Assembly: GCA_041651015.1 (NCBI GenBank)
Contig: JBAZKA010000002.1
Coordinates: forward strand, 6,163 to 70,162
Source: Patescibacteria group bacterium
GTDB taxonomy: Bacteria > Patescibacteriota > Patescibacteriia > Magasanikbacterales > GWA2-37-8
Reading direction: 5' to 3'
Length of the DNA stretch: 64,000 bases
The translations under genes and the position numbers were made by a program. Position 1 is the stretch's first letter, and every line of letters begins with the position of its first letter. This document shows positions 1-10,011 of this stretch, in pieces. The notes beneath the pieces were generated by a model, which saw only the letters and a list, made by a program, of their open reading frames with translations, was not told the DNA's origin and did not search any database.

Positions 1-2
1 AC

Positions 3-95
3 CGCGTCCGCGACCTCGACCCGCCGTATGCATTCTGGTCGTGCTTGGACCAGATACCCAACGACAACGTCGCTCTTATGCCAAATCCTTTCTAG
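3..95 (+). CDS. possible 3' end of a gene entering the window (RVRDLDPPYAFWSCLDQIPNDNVALMPNPF*)
   Basis: Open frame ending in TAG at 93-95, followed by a terminator-like hairpin; no recognisable motif. Confidence 0.3.
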   Translation, partial: RVRDLDPPYAFWSCLDQIPNDNVALMPNPF

Positions 96-124
96 TTGGG
101 CGTGCAACACGCTCAACTGGCTTC

Positions 125-160
125 AGACCTTTCGGGGCGTTTACCCGCAAGGTCTTTTTA
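125..160 (+). terminator. Rho-independent terminator-like hairpin
   Basis: AGACCT...AGGTCT stem followed by T-tract. Confidence 0.5.
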
Positions 161-222
161 TTTACATTTGCATAAAACGCATAAAAAACTGTATAATAGA
201 ACAATCAAATTAACCTTTTGCT

Positions 223-666
223 ATGATTTACATTGCTTCCGACCATCGCGGTTATCAGCTCAAAAAAGAGCTGGTTGATTTTATCAAAACCAAACTGGAC
301 AAAGAAATAATTGACTTAGGCCCGGATAAATACGATGAAGATGATGACTTTGTGGACTTCGCCATTCCTCTCGCCAAAAAAGTCTCGGCCGACAAAAATT
401 TATTTGGCATTTTGATTTGTGGCACGGGCCATGGTATGTGCATCGCGGCCAACAAGATAAACGGCGCGCGCGCCATCGTCGGCTATTCAATTTCCGGCGC
501 CGAACTGGGCCGTCAGGATAATGATGCCAACATACTGTGCTTAGCCGGACGGGTTTTGTCCAAAGACCATGCCGAAGCGATCGTGCGAAAATTTTTGGAA
601 ACCCCTTACAAAAATCTGGAAAGATATAATCGCCGTATTGAAAAAATTTCCGCGTTGGAAAAATAA
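223..666 (+). CDS. rpiB: ribose-5-phosphate isomerase B
   Basis: ASDHRG, GILICGTGHGMCIAANKI and NDANILCL motifs. Confidence 0.93.
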   Translation: MIYIASDHRGYQLKKELVDFIKTKLDKEIIDLGPDKYDEDDDFVDFAIPLAKKVSADKNLFGILICGTGHGMCIAANKINGARAIVGYSISGAELGRQDNDANILCLAGRVLSKDHAEAIVRKFLETPYKNLERYNRRIEKISALEK

Positions 667-667
667 T

Positions 668-705
668 GCGATGCCAATATACGAATGCATACGAATTATA
701 CGAAT
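668..705 (+). repeat. 38-bp dispersed intergenic repeat, copy 1
   Basis: GCGATGCCAATATACGAATGCATACGAATTATACGAAT; near-identical copies at 33576-33613, 34329-34366 and 34379-34416. Confidence 0.8.
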
Positions 706-1344
706 ATGCCAATAATTGTCCCTGCGGTTCTCACAAATTCATTTGACGAGTTCAAAAAGCTAATTACACGTTTGTCGCCAGTGTTTGGTTTGGTTCAAAT
801 AGACATCATGGACGGAGAATTTGTGGACAATAAATCATTTGATGAAATAGATAAAATAAATGAAATTGAAAATTTGCCGGATTTGGAACTGCACTTGATG
901 GTCCGGCATCCGCTCGCGGAAATGGAAAAATGGGCCAAGGTAAAAAATATAAAAAAAATAATCTTCCATCTTGAATCTTTAGACGACCCGCTTGAGGTAA
1001 TCAATACGATTCATGGGCGATGCGCCCAAACCGGCATTGCTATAAATCCGGAAACACCGCTAGAAAATGTTTTACCTTATTTGGACCGCATTAATGAAGT
1101 ATTATTCATGACAGTGCATCCGGGACACCAAGGCGCGCCATTTGTGCCGAAAGTCAAAAATAAAATTTTGGAATTTACTAATCTGGAAAATCGTCCACTC
1201 TGCGCCGTGGATGGTGGTATCAACGAAACCAACATCGCGGAAGTGAAAAGTTGGGGCGTGGAAGTGTTCTGCGTGGGAAGCGCGTTGACGAGAGCGGATA
1301 ATATCAATGAAATACACAAAAAACTAACTAAACTACTCAAATAA
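706..1344 (+). CDS. rpe: ribulose-phosphate 3-epimerase
   Basis: DIMDGEFV, ELHLMV, MTVHPG and VDGGIN motifs; start moved to ATG 706 because the upstream extension is repeat sequence. Confidence 0.92.
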   Translation: MPIIVPAVLTNSFDEFKKLITRLSPVFGLVQIDIMDGEFVDNKSFDEIDKINEIENLPDLELHLMVRHPLAEMEKWAKVKNIKKIIFHLESLDDPLEVINTIHGRCAQTGIAINPETPLENVLPYLDRINEVLFMTVHPGHQGAPFVPKVKNKILEFTNLENRPLCAVDGGINETNIAEVKSWGVEVFCVGSALTRADNINEIHKKLTKLLK

Positions 1345-1348
1345 TTTT

Positions 1349-2293
1349 ATGTTGGATTTACTGATCATCGGAGGCGCGGCCGCCGGTTCCAGCGCGGCGA
1401 TTTATGCAGCCAGGCGCAAACTAAATTTCAAAATCGTTACCGACAATATCGGCGGAGAAGTGGCTTTGGCCGGTGAAGTAAATAATTGGCCGGGCACCCA
1501 AAACATTCAAGGCTTTGAATTGGCGCAAAAATTCAATGAGCATGTTAAATCATACGGCGTGGAAGTTGACGAGGGTTGGCGCGTGGAATCCGTAGCGCGC
1601 GCCGAGGGATTTTTCATCGTCACGGCCAAAAATGCCAAAGGCGAAGAAAATAAATACGAAACCAAATCCGTTATTGTCGCGACCGGTATTCATCCGCGCC
1701 ATTTACGCATCCCGGGCGAAGAAGAATTTGCGCGCAAGGGTGTCACCTACTGCACTGTTTGCGACGGCCCGTTTTTCCGGGGCAAAACCACGGTCTCCAT
1801 CGGCGGAGGCAACAGCGTTTTGGAGTCGGTTATTATGATGTCAGGCATCGCGCAAAAAGTTTATTTGCTCACCATTGAACCAAACACGGCCGAGAAAAAA
1901 TTCGGCTTCCCGACCGGCGACGATGTTTTGATTGATAAAGTCAAATCACTGCCCAATGTGGAAATTGTTTACGACGCGAACACTTACGAAATTTTTGGCG
2001 ACACCAAAGTACGCGGTTTAAAATATCGCGACCTCACGGGCGAACACGATCTCGTCACTGACGGCATTATGATTCACGTCGGTATGATTCCCAACGCGCA
2101 ATTTTTGGATGTGGAAAAAGACCCAATCGGACAAATCATCGTGGACCAGAAATGCCGTACGTCTATACCGGGAATCTTTGCCGCCGGCGACGTCACCAAC
2201 ATCCCCTACAAACAAATCGGGGTATCAGCCGGCCAAGGCATTGTCGCGGCGCTCGCGGCCATTGAATATCTCAATAAAATTCCGTCCGTTTAA
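1349..2293 (+). CDS. trxB: thioredoxin reductase-like FAD-dependent disulfide oxidoreductase
   Basis: IIGGAAAG FAD motif, GVTYCTVCDG redox centre, GGGNS and TSIPGIFAAGD. Confidence 0.88.
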   Translation: MLDLLIIGGAAAGSSAAIYAARRKLNFKIVTDNIGGEVALAGEVNNWPGTQNIQGFELAQKFNEHVKSYGVEVDEGWRVESVARAEGFFIVTAKNAKGEENKYETKSVIVATGIHPRHLRIPGEEEFARKGVTYCTVCDGPFFRGKTTVSIGGGNSVLESVIMMSGIAQKVYLLTIEPNTAEKKFGFPTGDDVLIDKVKSLPNVEIVYDANTYEIFGDTKVRGLKYRDLTGEHDLVTDGIMIHVGMIPNAQFLDVEKDPIGQIIVDQKCRTSIPGIFAAGDVTNIPYKQIGVSAGQGIVAALAAIEYLNKIPSV

Positions 2294-2334
2294 GCGGACG
2301 GTCCGCCTTGGGCGGAAAATAACCTTTATTATAT

Positions 2335-2649
2335 ATGGAACCACTCGCCTCATTTTTACCCACCTTGCCGTGGAGTTGGTGGGAAATTTATCTCAACATT
2401 ATTGCCATTGTCGGTACAATCATGCTTGTCTATGGAATTTTTTTAGAATCGGAAAAAAAGCAAGACACGATTTTTTTCATTGGCGCGTTTTGTCTGTTCA
2501 TCTACGCCTTTTGGCTTGGCAACACAATTTTTTGCGTGGCCATGGGCGGTTTTGCCGTGGCCTCGTTTATTGAAGTGCTTGAAATTGTGCTCGGCCGGCA
2601 TATTCACAGCCAAGAATTAATTGAAAAATATAAACATCCGGAAAAATAG
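2335..2649 (+). CDS. small membrane protein, hypothetical
   Basis: 104-aa ORF with about three hydrophobic segments, in operon context. Confidence 0.7.
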   Translation: MEPLASFLPTLPWSWWEIYLNIIAIVGTIMLVYGIFLESEKKQDTIFFIGAFCLFIYAFWLGNTIFCVAMGGFAVASFIEVLEIVLGRHIHSQELIEKYKHPEK

Positions 2650-2672
2650 CTTTACTAACTTTATAACTTTGT

Positions 2673-3659
2673 ATGTACGATTTAATCACCGTCGGCGACG
2701 CGGTTGTTGATACTCATGTGAATATAGACAACGCCAGCGTGGAATGCGACGTGGATACGCGCGCCTGTCGTTTATGTTTGGATTACGCCAGCAAAATTCC
2801 CATTACCGGCAGTTTTCAATCTCTTGGCGGCAACGCGGCCAATGTCGCTTGTGGCGCGACCAAACTCGGGATGAATTCAGCCATCGTCACTTCTATCGGC
2901 GCGGATTCCAACGGCCGAATAATTTTGGAAGAATTAAAAAAATCCAAAGTGGATACTTCGCTCGTTTATCGGGACAAACAAACTCAAACGCGTTATTCCG
3001 TGGTTTTAAATTTTCGCGCCGAGCGCACGATTTTATCCTATCACGAAAAACGTAATTACAAATTGCCGAAAAAAATGCCGGCTACCGAGTGGATTTATTA
3101 CACCAGCATGAGCGGTGGATTTGAAAATTTGCAAAACGCGCTTCTACAGTATCTTGACGATCATCCGAGCGTTAAACTCGCTTACAATCCCGGATCATTT
3201 CAGTTAAAATCCGCCATGAATGAAGTCAAAGAAATTTTACCGCGCGCCGATCTGCTCATCGTGAATTTACAGGAGGCGGAATTAATCGCCGACACAACTT
3301 TAAAAAAAGAAAAAACGATCACCTCGTTGGTTCACAAACTATTGTCGCTCGGCGCGAAAGAAGTGGTTATTACCGATGCTGAACACGGCGCTATTGCCGG
3401 CAACACTGATGAAATTTGGTCAATGGATACATATAAAATTGAGGTAGTGTCCAAAACCGGCGCCGGCGATGCCTTTTCTGCGGCTTATCTCGCGGCTCGC
3501 AATTATGAACACGACATTCGCCTGGCCCTGACTTGGGGCGCGGCCATGAGCGCGGCCGTCATTGCCGAACACGGCCCGCAAAAAGGTCTGATCGGACAAA
3601 AGGCTCTGCAAAAAATGATTGACCGTTTTCCAAATATCAAACCAAAAAAGATATTTTAA
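2673..3659 (+). CDS. PfkB-family carbohydrate kinase
   Basis: GGNAANVA and KTGAGDAF signatures. Confidence 0.9.
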   Translation: MYDLITVGDAVVDTHVNIDNASVECDVDTRACRLCLDYASKIPITGSFQSLGGNAANVACGATKLGMNSAIVTSIGADSNGRIILEELKKSKVDTSLVYRDKQTQTRYSVVLNFRAERTILSYHEKRNYKLPKKMPATEWIYYTSMSGGFENLQNALLQYLDDHPSVKLAYNPGSFQLKSAMNEVKEILPRADLLIVNLQEAELIADTTLKKEKTITSLVHKLLSLGAKEVVITDAEHGAIAGNTDEIWSMDTYKIEVVSKTGAGDAFSAAYLAARNYEHDIRLALTWGAAMSAAVIAEHGPQKGLIGQKALQKMIDRFPNIKPKKIF

Positions 3660-3670
3660 CAACTTTTTAC

Positions 3671-3704
3671 AAAAAAACACCCCGCATGATGCGGAGTGTT
3701 TTTT
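3671..3704. terminator. bidirectional terminator
   Basis: A-tract CACCCCGC atgat GCGGAGTG T-tract between convergent genes. Confidence 0.75.
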
Positions 3705-3711
3705 ATTCTAA

Positions 3712-4440
3712 TTATTTTATCCCGTAAAAATCCACTTGAATCGGTTTATCTATGCCGCGCATCATGTTCAAGTGGTTTTTTCTTTCCTCAAAAAATTCTT
3801 GCGCCAATTCGGCTTCGTCCAAACTTGGCGACGGCGCCAAATCCACCAAACCTAACTCAAAATAACGAGCCTTGGCGCGCATTTCACCGGCCAATGACGG
3901 ATGATATGACTCACGATCGGCCGCTAATTTTAATTTAGCGATCGCGTTTTTAATCTTATCCAAAATAGTTTTGTGTTCTTGAACTCGCGCCAAATACTTA
4001 TCTTTGTTCACACTGACAATTTCTTGCGCGGTAAACTTGGACAAATCATTTCTGGTTTTAATCAGCACTTGCGCGACCGCCAAACGATCATTGTTAGAAA
4101 AATAATTTATTGCCCGGCCAGAATAGACATCCCGCCAATTTAATCCGTAATCACGATATTTAACAAAATTTTCACCCAGCTCAGCCGGCAGATGAGACAA
4201 GAAAAAATGCTCGCCCAGCCGTTCCTCGGCGTCAGACAAAAACTCGCGATGAGCCGTTTGCCACGGCCAAAGTTCATAGCCAAATTTTATCATCAGGTTT
4301 TCAATTTTTTCCAAGGACGTTTCTTTGTTTCTTTCCCATTCATCACGCGCGCTTTGCATTCTAACAACAATTTCCGATGGTAAAAGCGGCGGGAGATTGT
4401 CCAGCGTCATTTGAAAAATGGAAATGGTATGTTGGGACAT
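3712..4440 (-). CDS. hypothetical helical protein
   Basis: 242-aa ORF directly downstream of the SpoU gene. Confidence 0.7.
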   Translation of the reverse strand: MSQHTISIFQMTLDNLPPLLPSEIVVRMQSARDEWERNKETSLEKIENLMIKFGYELWPWQTAHREFLSDAEERLGEHFFLSHLPAELGENFVKYRDYGLNWRDVYSGRAINYFSNNDRLAVAQVLIKTRNDLSKFTAQEIVSVNKDKYLARVQEHKTILDKIKNAIAKLKLAADRESYHPSLAGEMRAKARYFELGLVDLAPSPSLDEAELAQEFFEERKNHLNMMRGIDKPIQVDFYGIK

Positions 4441-4443
4441 AAT

Positions 4444-4896
4444 TTAACGCCCTTTGATAATATACATGGCCACGCCCGCGGCCACCGACACATTCAAACT
4501 GTTTTTGATCCCGCGCATGGGCAATTCCACGCTCGCGTCGCAATATTTTAGCAAAGATTTGGTCACGCCGGTCTTTTCATTGCCGACCACAAGGGCAAGC
4601 GGAAACTTTGGTGTCCAATCAAAAATATTTATACTGGTTTTGGTTTGTTCCAAAGCGATTATATTATACCCCTTTTCACGCAAATCCCCAAGCAAGCGCC
4701 ATGTTTGTTTCACATACTCCCAAGGCACGGATTTTTCCGCGCCCAAAGACACTTTGTCCAATTGCGTATGCGGAGGACGGGCCGTATATCCGCAAAGATA
4801 GATTTTATCCACGCCCGCGCCATCCGCGGTCCGAAACATAGCGCCGACATTGTGGGCGCTGCGGATATCGGGCAAAATTAAAACAAATTTTTCCAT
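4444..4896 (-). CDS. SpoU/TrmH-family RNA methyltransferase
   Basis: IRSAHNVGAMFRTAD, VGNEKTG and LPMRGIKNSLNVSVA SPOUT motifs. Confidence 0.92.
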   Translation of the reverse strand: MEKFVLILPDIRSAHNVGAMFRTADGAGVDKIYLCGYTARPPHTQLDKVSLGAEKSVPWEYVKQTWRLLGDLREKGYNIIALEQTKTSINIFDWTPKFPLALVVGNEKTGVTKSLLKYCDASVELPMRGIKNSLNVSVAAGVAMYIIKGR

Positions 4897-5097
4897 ATTA
4901 TTTAATCAAATATTATCACAACAAACCAGATAAATCAAAAACCACCCTATTTTGTAAAAAACCCGAGAAATTTATCTCGGGCTTTCAGGGTTCAATGGAA
5001 TCCGTACTCGACAAATATATTTTGTCGAAAATTCACGCTTTTGTCAACATAACCGTGAATAGATGTGATTTTTTCGGAATTATTCACGGTTATCAAG

Positions 5098-5169
5098 CTA
5101 CAACAAATAGCCATAATTACGTATCCGAAGCTCGCGCGCGAGATTTTCAAACGTATTGCCCTCCTCCAT
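5098..5169 (-). pseudogene. N-terminal stump of an integron-type tyrosine recombinase (MEEGNTFENLARELRIRNYGYLL*)
   Basis: LARELRIRNY resembles the ELRxRNYSxxT start of the integrase N-terminal SAM-like domain; it is divergent from the attC array, where intI normally lies. Confidence 0.6.
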
Positions 5170-5191
5170 AATATCTGATATATTTAATTCA

Positions 5192-5211
5192 TTATACCCC
5201 TCGGGGTATAA
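5192..5211. promoter_or_regulatory. perfect 9-bp inverted repeat overlapping back-to-back -10-like boxes
   Basis: TTATACCCC tc GGGGTATAA gives TATAAT on the minus strand (towards the integrase stump) and TATAAC on the plus strand. Confidence 0.5.
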
Positions 5212-5349
5212 CCCAAATTCATTAAAAATTTTATCATATTTTAGCGGTTTTTACCACTAGTTATGATAAAGGTAGTTCAGCGACATCGCTTCGCTCGTCG
5301 CTGAATGAGCCGCGCTTACAGCGTTGTCGTCTCGTCGCTTCGCGACGTC

Positions 5350-5428
5350 GCCGAACAACGCTTATACAAAATGTCCGTCGCCCGCTTGCGCGGCTCCGGC
5401 CACATTGTATAAGCGCGGCTCGTTATAT
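5350..5428 (+). mobile_element. attC-like site 1
   Basis: GCCGAAC ... CGCTTATACAA / TTGTATAAGCG ... GTTATAT. Confidence 0.75.
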
Positions 5429-5599
5429 GAAATACATGTTTTCCTTTTGGGCTTCGCCCAGCTCTTAAAAAGAATTCAATTTTGTTTTTTTATTAATTAA
5501 TGAGGGGGAATAAGGTGTTTTTTCCGCTGTCGCTACAAAAACGATTTATTTATAAGGGGAAAACGAATACAATAACTTTGCCTAACACGAAAATAGTTT

Positions 5600-7408
5600 A
5601 TGCCAAAAATTAAGGATATACCAAAAATTGATCGCCCAAGAGAAAGGTTTCTGAAAAAAGGAGCTGACGCACTTTCAAAAAGTGATCTTTTGGCAATTCT
5701 TTTAGGTAGTGGAATTAAGGGGAAAAATGTTAGACAACTTTCTGAAAGTATTATTAAAAAATTTGGTAAAAACTTTTTGAACATAACCGTTGATGATCTT
5801 TTAGAAATTTCAGGGATTGGACAAGCAAAAGCCCTCCAAATAGCGTCCGCAATATCATTAGTAAAAAGATTTTACGACGAAAACAAAACTAATGAAATCG
5901 TTATAAAAAATTCTCAAGATGTTTTATCCCTTACTTACGATTTAAGAGATAAGAAAAAAGAACATTTAGTTTGCCTTTATTTAAACGCACGAAATACTTT
6001 ACTAAAAAAAGAAATTGTCAGTATCGGTCTTTTAGATAAGGCATTACTGCATCCGAGAGAAATTTTTTATCCTGCAACCGAATTAAACGCCGCCAGCGTT
6101 ATTTTGGTTCACAATCACCCTTCGGGCGATTCTTCACCAAGCGAAAAAGACAACCAAATCATTGAAAAAATCGTACAAGCTGGTGAAATAATGGGAATAC
6201 CAGTTGTTGATTTCATTATCATTTCTGAAAATAATCATTACAGTTTCTACGAAAAATTAAATAAGCAAAAAGCAAGCGTTGATTATGTTGCAGACGGAAT
6301 ACAAGGCACACTTTTTGCCGTACTTGAAGTTGAAAAACCCGCCTACGAGGTAACGGCTATACAAAAAATTGATAAACCCTATTTCCACTTTTCAAAAACT
6401 CAAAATGATACCTTCCAATTGCAGAATAGAAGATATTTGGGCAATAAATACAAACTGCTCGGATTTATTGAAGATATTGTTGCTGAAAAATGCAACGGAA
6501 TAAAATCATTTTGTGATATTTTTGCGGGTACAGGTGTTGTCGGAGAAAGATTTAATAAGCCAGAAATAAAAATTATTTCGAATGACTTCCTTTTTACAAA
6601 TTATGTTTGCCTAAAAGCGTTCCTTGGTACAAATTCACCTATTCAGAAAATTGCAGATAAAATTGATATTCTCAATAGTTTAAAAACTGATCGAGATAAT
6701 TATTTTTCAAAATACTTTGGTAATACCTATTTTTCGCTAGAAAATGCTAGAAAGATTGGAGCAATCCGTGAAGAAATAGAAAAAATGGCCGAAACGGAAG
6801 AAGAAAAAAAAATTCTCATTTGTTCCTTAATTTATGCAGTTGATAAGGTTGCAAATACAGTCGGACATTATGACGCTTTTCGTAAAGATTTAGATATGCT
6901 ACAGCCATTAAAACTTTTGGCTCCCGATATTGACTACTTAAATAATGGAAATAACGAAATTTACAAAGAAGACGCAAACATCTTGATTAGAAAAATTGCT
7001 TGCGACGTTTTGTACATAGATCCGCCCTATAACTCGCGCCAATATTCAGATGCCTATCATTTACTGGAAAATTTAGCTGAATGGAAAAAACCTAATGTTG
7101 AAGGAATGGCAAAAAAAATGGACCGCTCTCACATAAAAAGTTCCTATTGTCTTAAAAATGCTACACAAGCATTTGAGGACTTGATTAAAAATGCTAATTG
7201 TAAACATATATTATTGTCTTATAATAACACTAGGGATTCAAAGGATGGACGTTCAAATGCCAGAATAAACGATAATGATATTTTACGGATATTAAAAAAT
7301 AAAGGTGAAGTAGAAATTTTTGAAAGAGATTACAAGGCCTTCACTGCTGGAAAAAGCAACGGCGACGGAAACGTCGAAAGAATTTTTTATTGTAATATAA
7401 CAAAATAA
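5600..7408 (+). CDS. RadC (JAB) domain fused to D12-class N6-adenine DNA methyltransferase
   Basis: N-terminal RPRER, HhH GIGQAKA, HPREIF and HNHPSGD; C-terminal RRYLGNKYKL, DIFAGTGVV and YIDPPYN. Confidence 0.88.
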   Translation: MPKIKDIPKIDRPRERFLKKGADALSKSDLLAILLGSGIKGKNVRQLSESIIKKFGKNFLNITVDDLLEISGIGQAKALQIASAISLVKRFYDENKTNEIVIKNSQDVLSLTYDLRDKKKEHLVCLYLNARNTLLKKEIVSIGLLDKALLHPREIFYPATELNAASVILVHNHPSGDSSPSEKDNQIIEKIVQAGEIMGIPVVDFIIISENNHYSFYEKLNKQKASVDYVADGIQGTLFAVLEVEKPAYEVTAIQKIDKPYFHFSKTQNDTFQLQNRRYLGNKYKLLGFIEDIVAEKCNGIKSFCDIFAGTGVVGERFNKPEIKIISNDFLFTNYVCLKAFLGTNSPIQKIADKIDILNSLKTDRDNYFSKYFGNTYFSLENARKIGAIREEIEKMAETEEEKKILICSLIYAVDKVANTVGHYDAFRKDLDMLQPLKLLAPDIDYLNNGNNEIYKEDANILIRKIACDVLYIDPPYNSRQYSDAYHLLENLAEWKKPNVEGMAKKMDRSHIKSSYCLKNATQAFEDLIKNANCKHILLSYNNTRDSKDGRSNARINDNDILRILKNKGEVEIFERDYKAFTAGKSNGDGNVERIFYCNITK

Positions 7409-7410
7409 CT

Positions 7411-9228
7411 ATGAAAAAACCTTGGTCAATTACTACAACACTAAGAAATCCCGAAAGATTGAGAGATTTTTTAATTGTTTTAAGACAACTTGAAAATTGC
7501 AAGTGGGATTTAGAAAGTCAGAAAAAATATCAAATTCTTTTGATAAAAGAGAGGGTTTACGGCTATGGAAGCAATCAATTTTACAATGGATTATCTCAAA
7601 AACAAATTGATTTAATTGACGATCAAACAAAAACAATTACCTTTGAACAAGCCGAAACGATTTTTAATGCTAAAAACTACGAAGATCCTTCAACGAGAGG
7701 GCGGCAATCAATAAATCCTCTTAAAAAATTCGGACTCGCTGTTATTAAAGACGAAAAAATCTGTATAACCAGCTTAGGAAAACTATTTTTAAAAGACGAT
7801 TTTGATCTTGGTGAAATATTTTTTAGAAGTTTTATTAAGTGGCAAATCCCAAATCCTGATAGCGATGACTATAAACTTGAAGATGGATACAATATAGAAC
7901 CATTTGTCGGCGTGCTTCATCTTATTCGGGAAGTAAATGAAAAATCTAGAAAATCAGGAGAAAAAGAAAAAGGAATAAGCAAGGAAGAATTTTCCTTATT
8001 TTGTCCAACCCTTGTTGATTATGAAGATATAGAGCTTTATTCTGAAAAAATTATTGCCCTACGGAAAAAACTTAAAGACAAAACGAAGCAAGAACAAAAA
8101 ACAATCCGCGACAAATATAAAAAAACTTTCGCACGGGAATTTCTTGGAAAATCAAATACTACAGAAATTCAAAAACTCTTAAAAAATCTCAAAGACTACG
8201 GAGATAACGCTATCAGATACTTCCGCCTAACTCGCTATATTTATATACGGGGTGGTGGTTTTTATATTGATCTGGAGCCGAGAAGATCAGTTGAAATCAA
8301 TGCTTTGTTGGATTTTGATAATGCTAAGTCGAAGACCTTTGAGACAAAAGAAAAATACTTAGACTATATTTCTGACATCTCGGAGCCAAAACTACCGTGG
8401 GAAACTAAAGAAAAGCTTACTGAAATTGCCATAAAATTACTTGAAGAAATAAAGTTGTTTGAACGAGAAACAAGGGTAACACCAAAAGTATTTTTGGATT
8501 ATCAAAAATTGGATGGAGATGGATTAAAAAAATTTATCAATGAACTGCGAAACTACCGAAGAGAGCTGCAGGACAAACAAAATCACCAAAAATCACAAGA
8601 TACGGAACAAATTAAATCCTACATTCAAGAACTTGAAAATATTTTTGAATCTGAAGATCGGCCAATACTGCTTGAAAAGTTGTCATCGCTAGGTCTGAAT
8701 GCCCTAAACGATGCATTAAAAATACAACCAAACTATCCAGTTGGTGATGATAACGAGCCAACATTTACGGCACCGGCAAACACGCCAGATATAGAGTGTT
8801 TTTATCAAGGTTTTAATGCTATCTGTGAGGTAACAATGCTAACGGGAAGAGATCAATGGTACAACGAGGGGCAACCAGTGATGAGACATTTAAGAGATTT
8901 TGAGAATAAACATAGCGATAAAACTACATATTGCTTGTTTATTGCTCCCCAAATGCACAGAGATACTATAAACACCTTTTGGACAGCCATAAAATACGAA
9001 TACGAGGGCAACAAACAAAGAATAATCCCTTTATCAATAAACAATTTCGTGTCTCTTTTAAAAATACTCGTACAAATAAAAACCGAGAATAAATTTTTAA
9101 AGCACAGCGAAATTGCTCGCCTATACGATGAAATAATTAATTCATCAAATTCTTTTAGCGATTCCGATGGTTGGCTTAGAAATATTCCCACCGCCATTTC
9201 GTCATGGCAAGAAAGCCTAAATTTTTAA
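7411..9228 (+). CDS. AlwI-family type IIS-like restriction endonuclease
   Basis: PWSITTTLRNPER N-terminus and PDIECFY...CEVTM...EGQPVMRHL catalytic region; lies between two MTases. Confidence 0.8.
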   Translation: MKKPWSITTTLRNPERLRDFLIVLRQLENCKWDLESQKKYQILLIKERVYGYGSNQFYNGLSQKQIDLIDDQTKTITFEQAETIFNAKNYEDPSTRGRQSINPLKKFGLAVIKDEKICITSLGKLFLKDDFDLGEIFFRSFIKWQIPNPDSDDYKLEDGYNIEPFVGVLHLIREVNEKSRKSGEKEKGISKEEFSLFCPTLVDYEDIELYSEKIIALRKKLKDKTKQEQKTIRDKYKKTFAREFLGKSNTTEIQKLLKNLKDYGDNAIRYFRLTRYIYIRGGGFYIDLEPRRSVEINALLDFDNAKSKTFETKEKYLDYISDISEPKLPWETKEKLTEIAIKLLEEIKLFERETRVTPKVFLDYQKLDGDGLKKFINELRNYRRELQDKQNHQKSQDTEQIKSYIQELENIFESEDRPILLEKLSSLGLNALNDALKIQPNYPVGDDNEPTFTAPANTPDIECFYQGFNAICEVTMLTGRDQWYNEGQPVMRHLRDFENKHSDKTTYCLFIAPQMHRDTINTFWTAIKYEYEGNKQRIIPLSINNFVSLLKILVQIKTENKFLKHSEIARLYDEIINSSNSFSDSDGWLRNIPTAISSWQESLNF

Positions 9229-9230
9229 AT

Positions 9231-10007
9231 ATGGGTATGAAAAAAAATATTATCTACAACGACGATTGCATAAACATACTTAACACGAAGATTGATAAGA
9301 GTTCTATTGATCTTGTCTTTGCCGACCCTCCGTACAATTTATCTGGCAATGGTCTAAAATGGCAGGGCAGCAAAACTGGTGGAGATTGGTATATGGTGAA
9401 TGAGCATTGGGACAAAATGACTGCCCCTGAATATCTACAATTTACCAGAAAATGGATCGGGGCTTGCCATAAAATTTTAAAAGACACAGGATCAATTTAT
9501 ATTGCATGTAGTTACCACAATATCGGTGAGGTAATGATTGTTTTGAAACAATTAGATTTCAAGATAAATAATATTATTACTTGGTACAAAACAAACGCCA
9601 TGCCGAATATGACAAGGAGGGTGTTTACTCACGCAACAGAATTTGTAATTTGGGCTGTTAAAGGTAGTGGATGGACTTTTAATTATAAAGATCTTAAAGA
9701 AATAAACCCTGAAAAACAAAAAGACGGAACCGAAAAACAAATGCGTGATTTTTGGGAATTACCCTTAGTTCAAGGCAAGGAAAGAATACGCGGAAAAGAC
9801 GGCAAAGCGTTACATCCAACTCAAAAACCAGAAGAAATGTTAAAAAGAATCATTTTAGCCAGTTCCAATGAAGGCGATACTGTTTTAGATCCATTTTTAG
9901 GAAGCGGGACAACTGCCGTTGTGGCTAAAAAATATGGTCGCAAGTGGATTGGGATTGAAAAAGAAAAGCAATATTTTAAGATTGCTGAAGAGCGAATAAA
10001 AAAATAA
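9231..10007 (+). CDS. beta-class N4/N6 DNA methyltransferase
   Basis: ADPPYN precedes HPTQKP and LDPFLGSGTT. Confidence 0.9.
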   Translation: MGMKKNIIYNDDCINILNTKIDKSSIDLVFADPPYNLSGNGLKWQGSKTGGDWYMVNEHWDKMTAPEYLQFTRKWIGACHKILKDTGSIYIACSYHNIGEVMIVLKQLDFKINNIITWYKTNAMPNMTRRVFTHATEFVIWAVKGSGWTFNYKDLKEINPEKQKDGTEKQMRDFWELPLVQGKERIRGKDGKALHPTQKPEEMLKRIILASSNEGDTVLDPFLGSGTTAVVAKKYGRKWIGIEKEKQYFKIAEERIKK

Positions 10008-10011
10008 ATTC

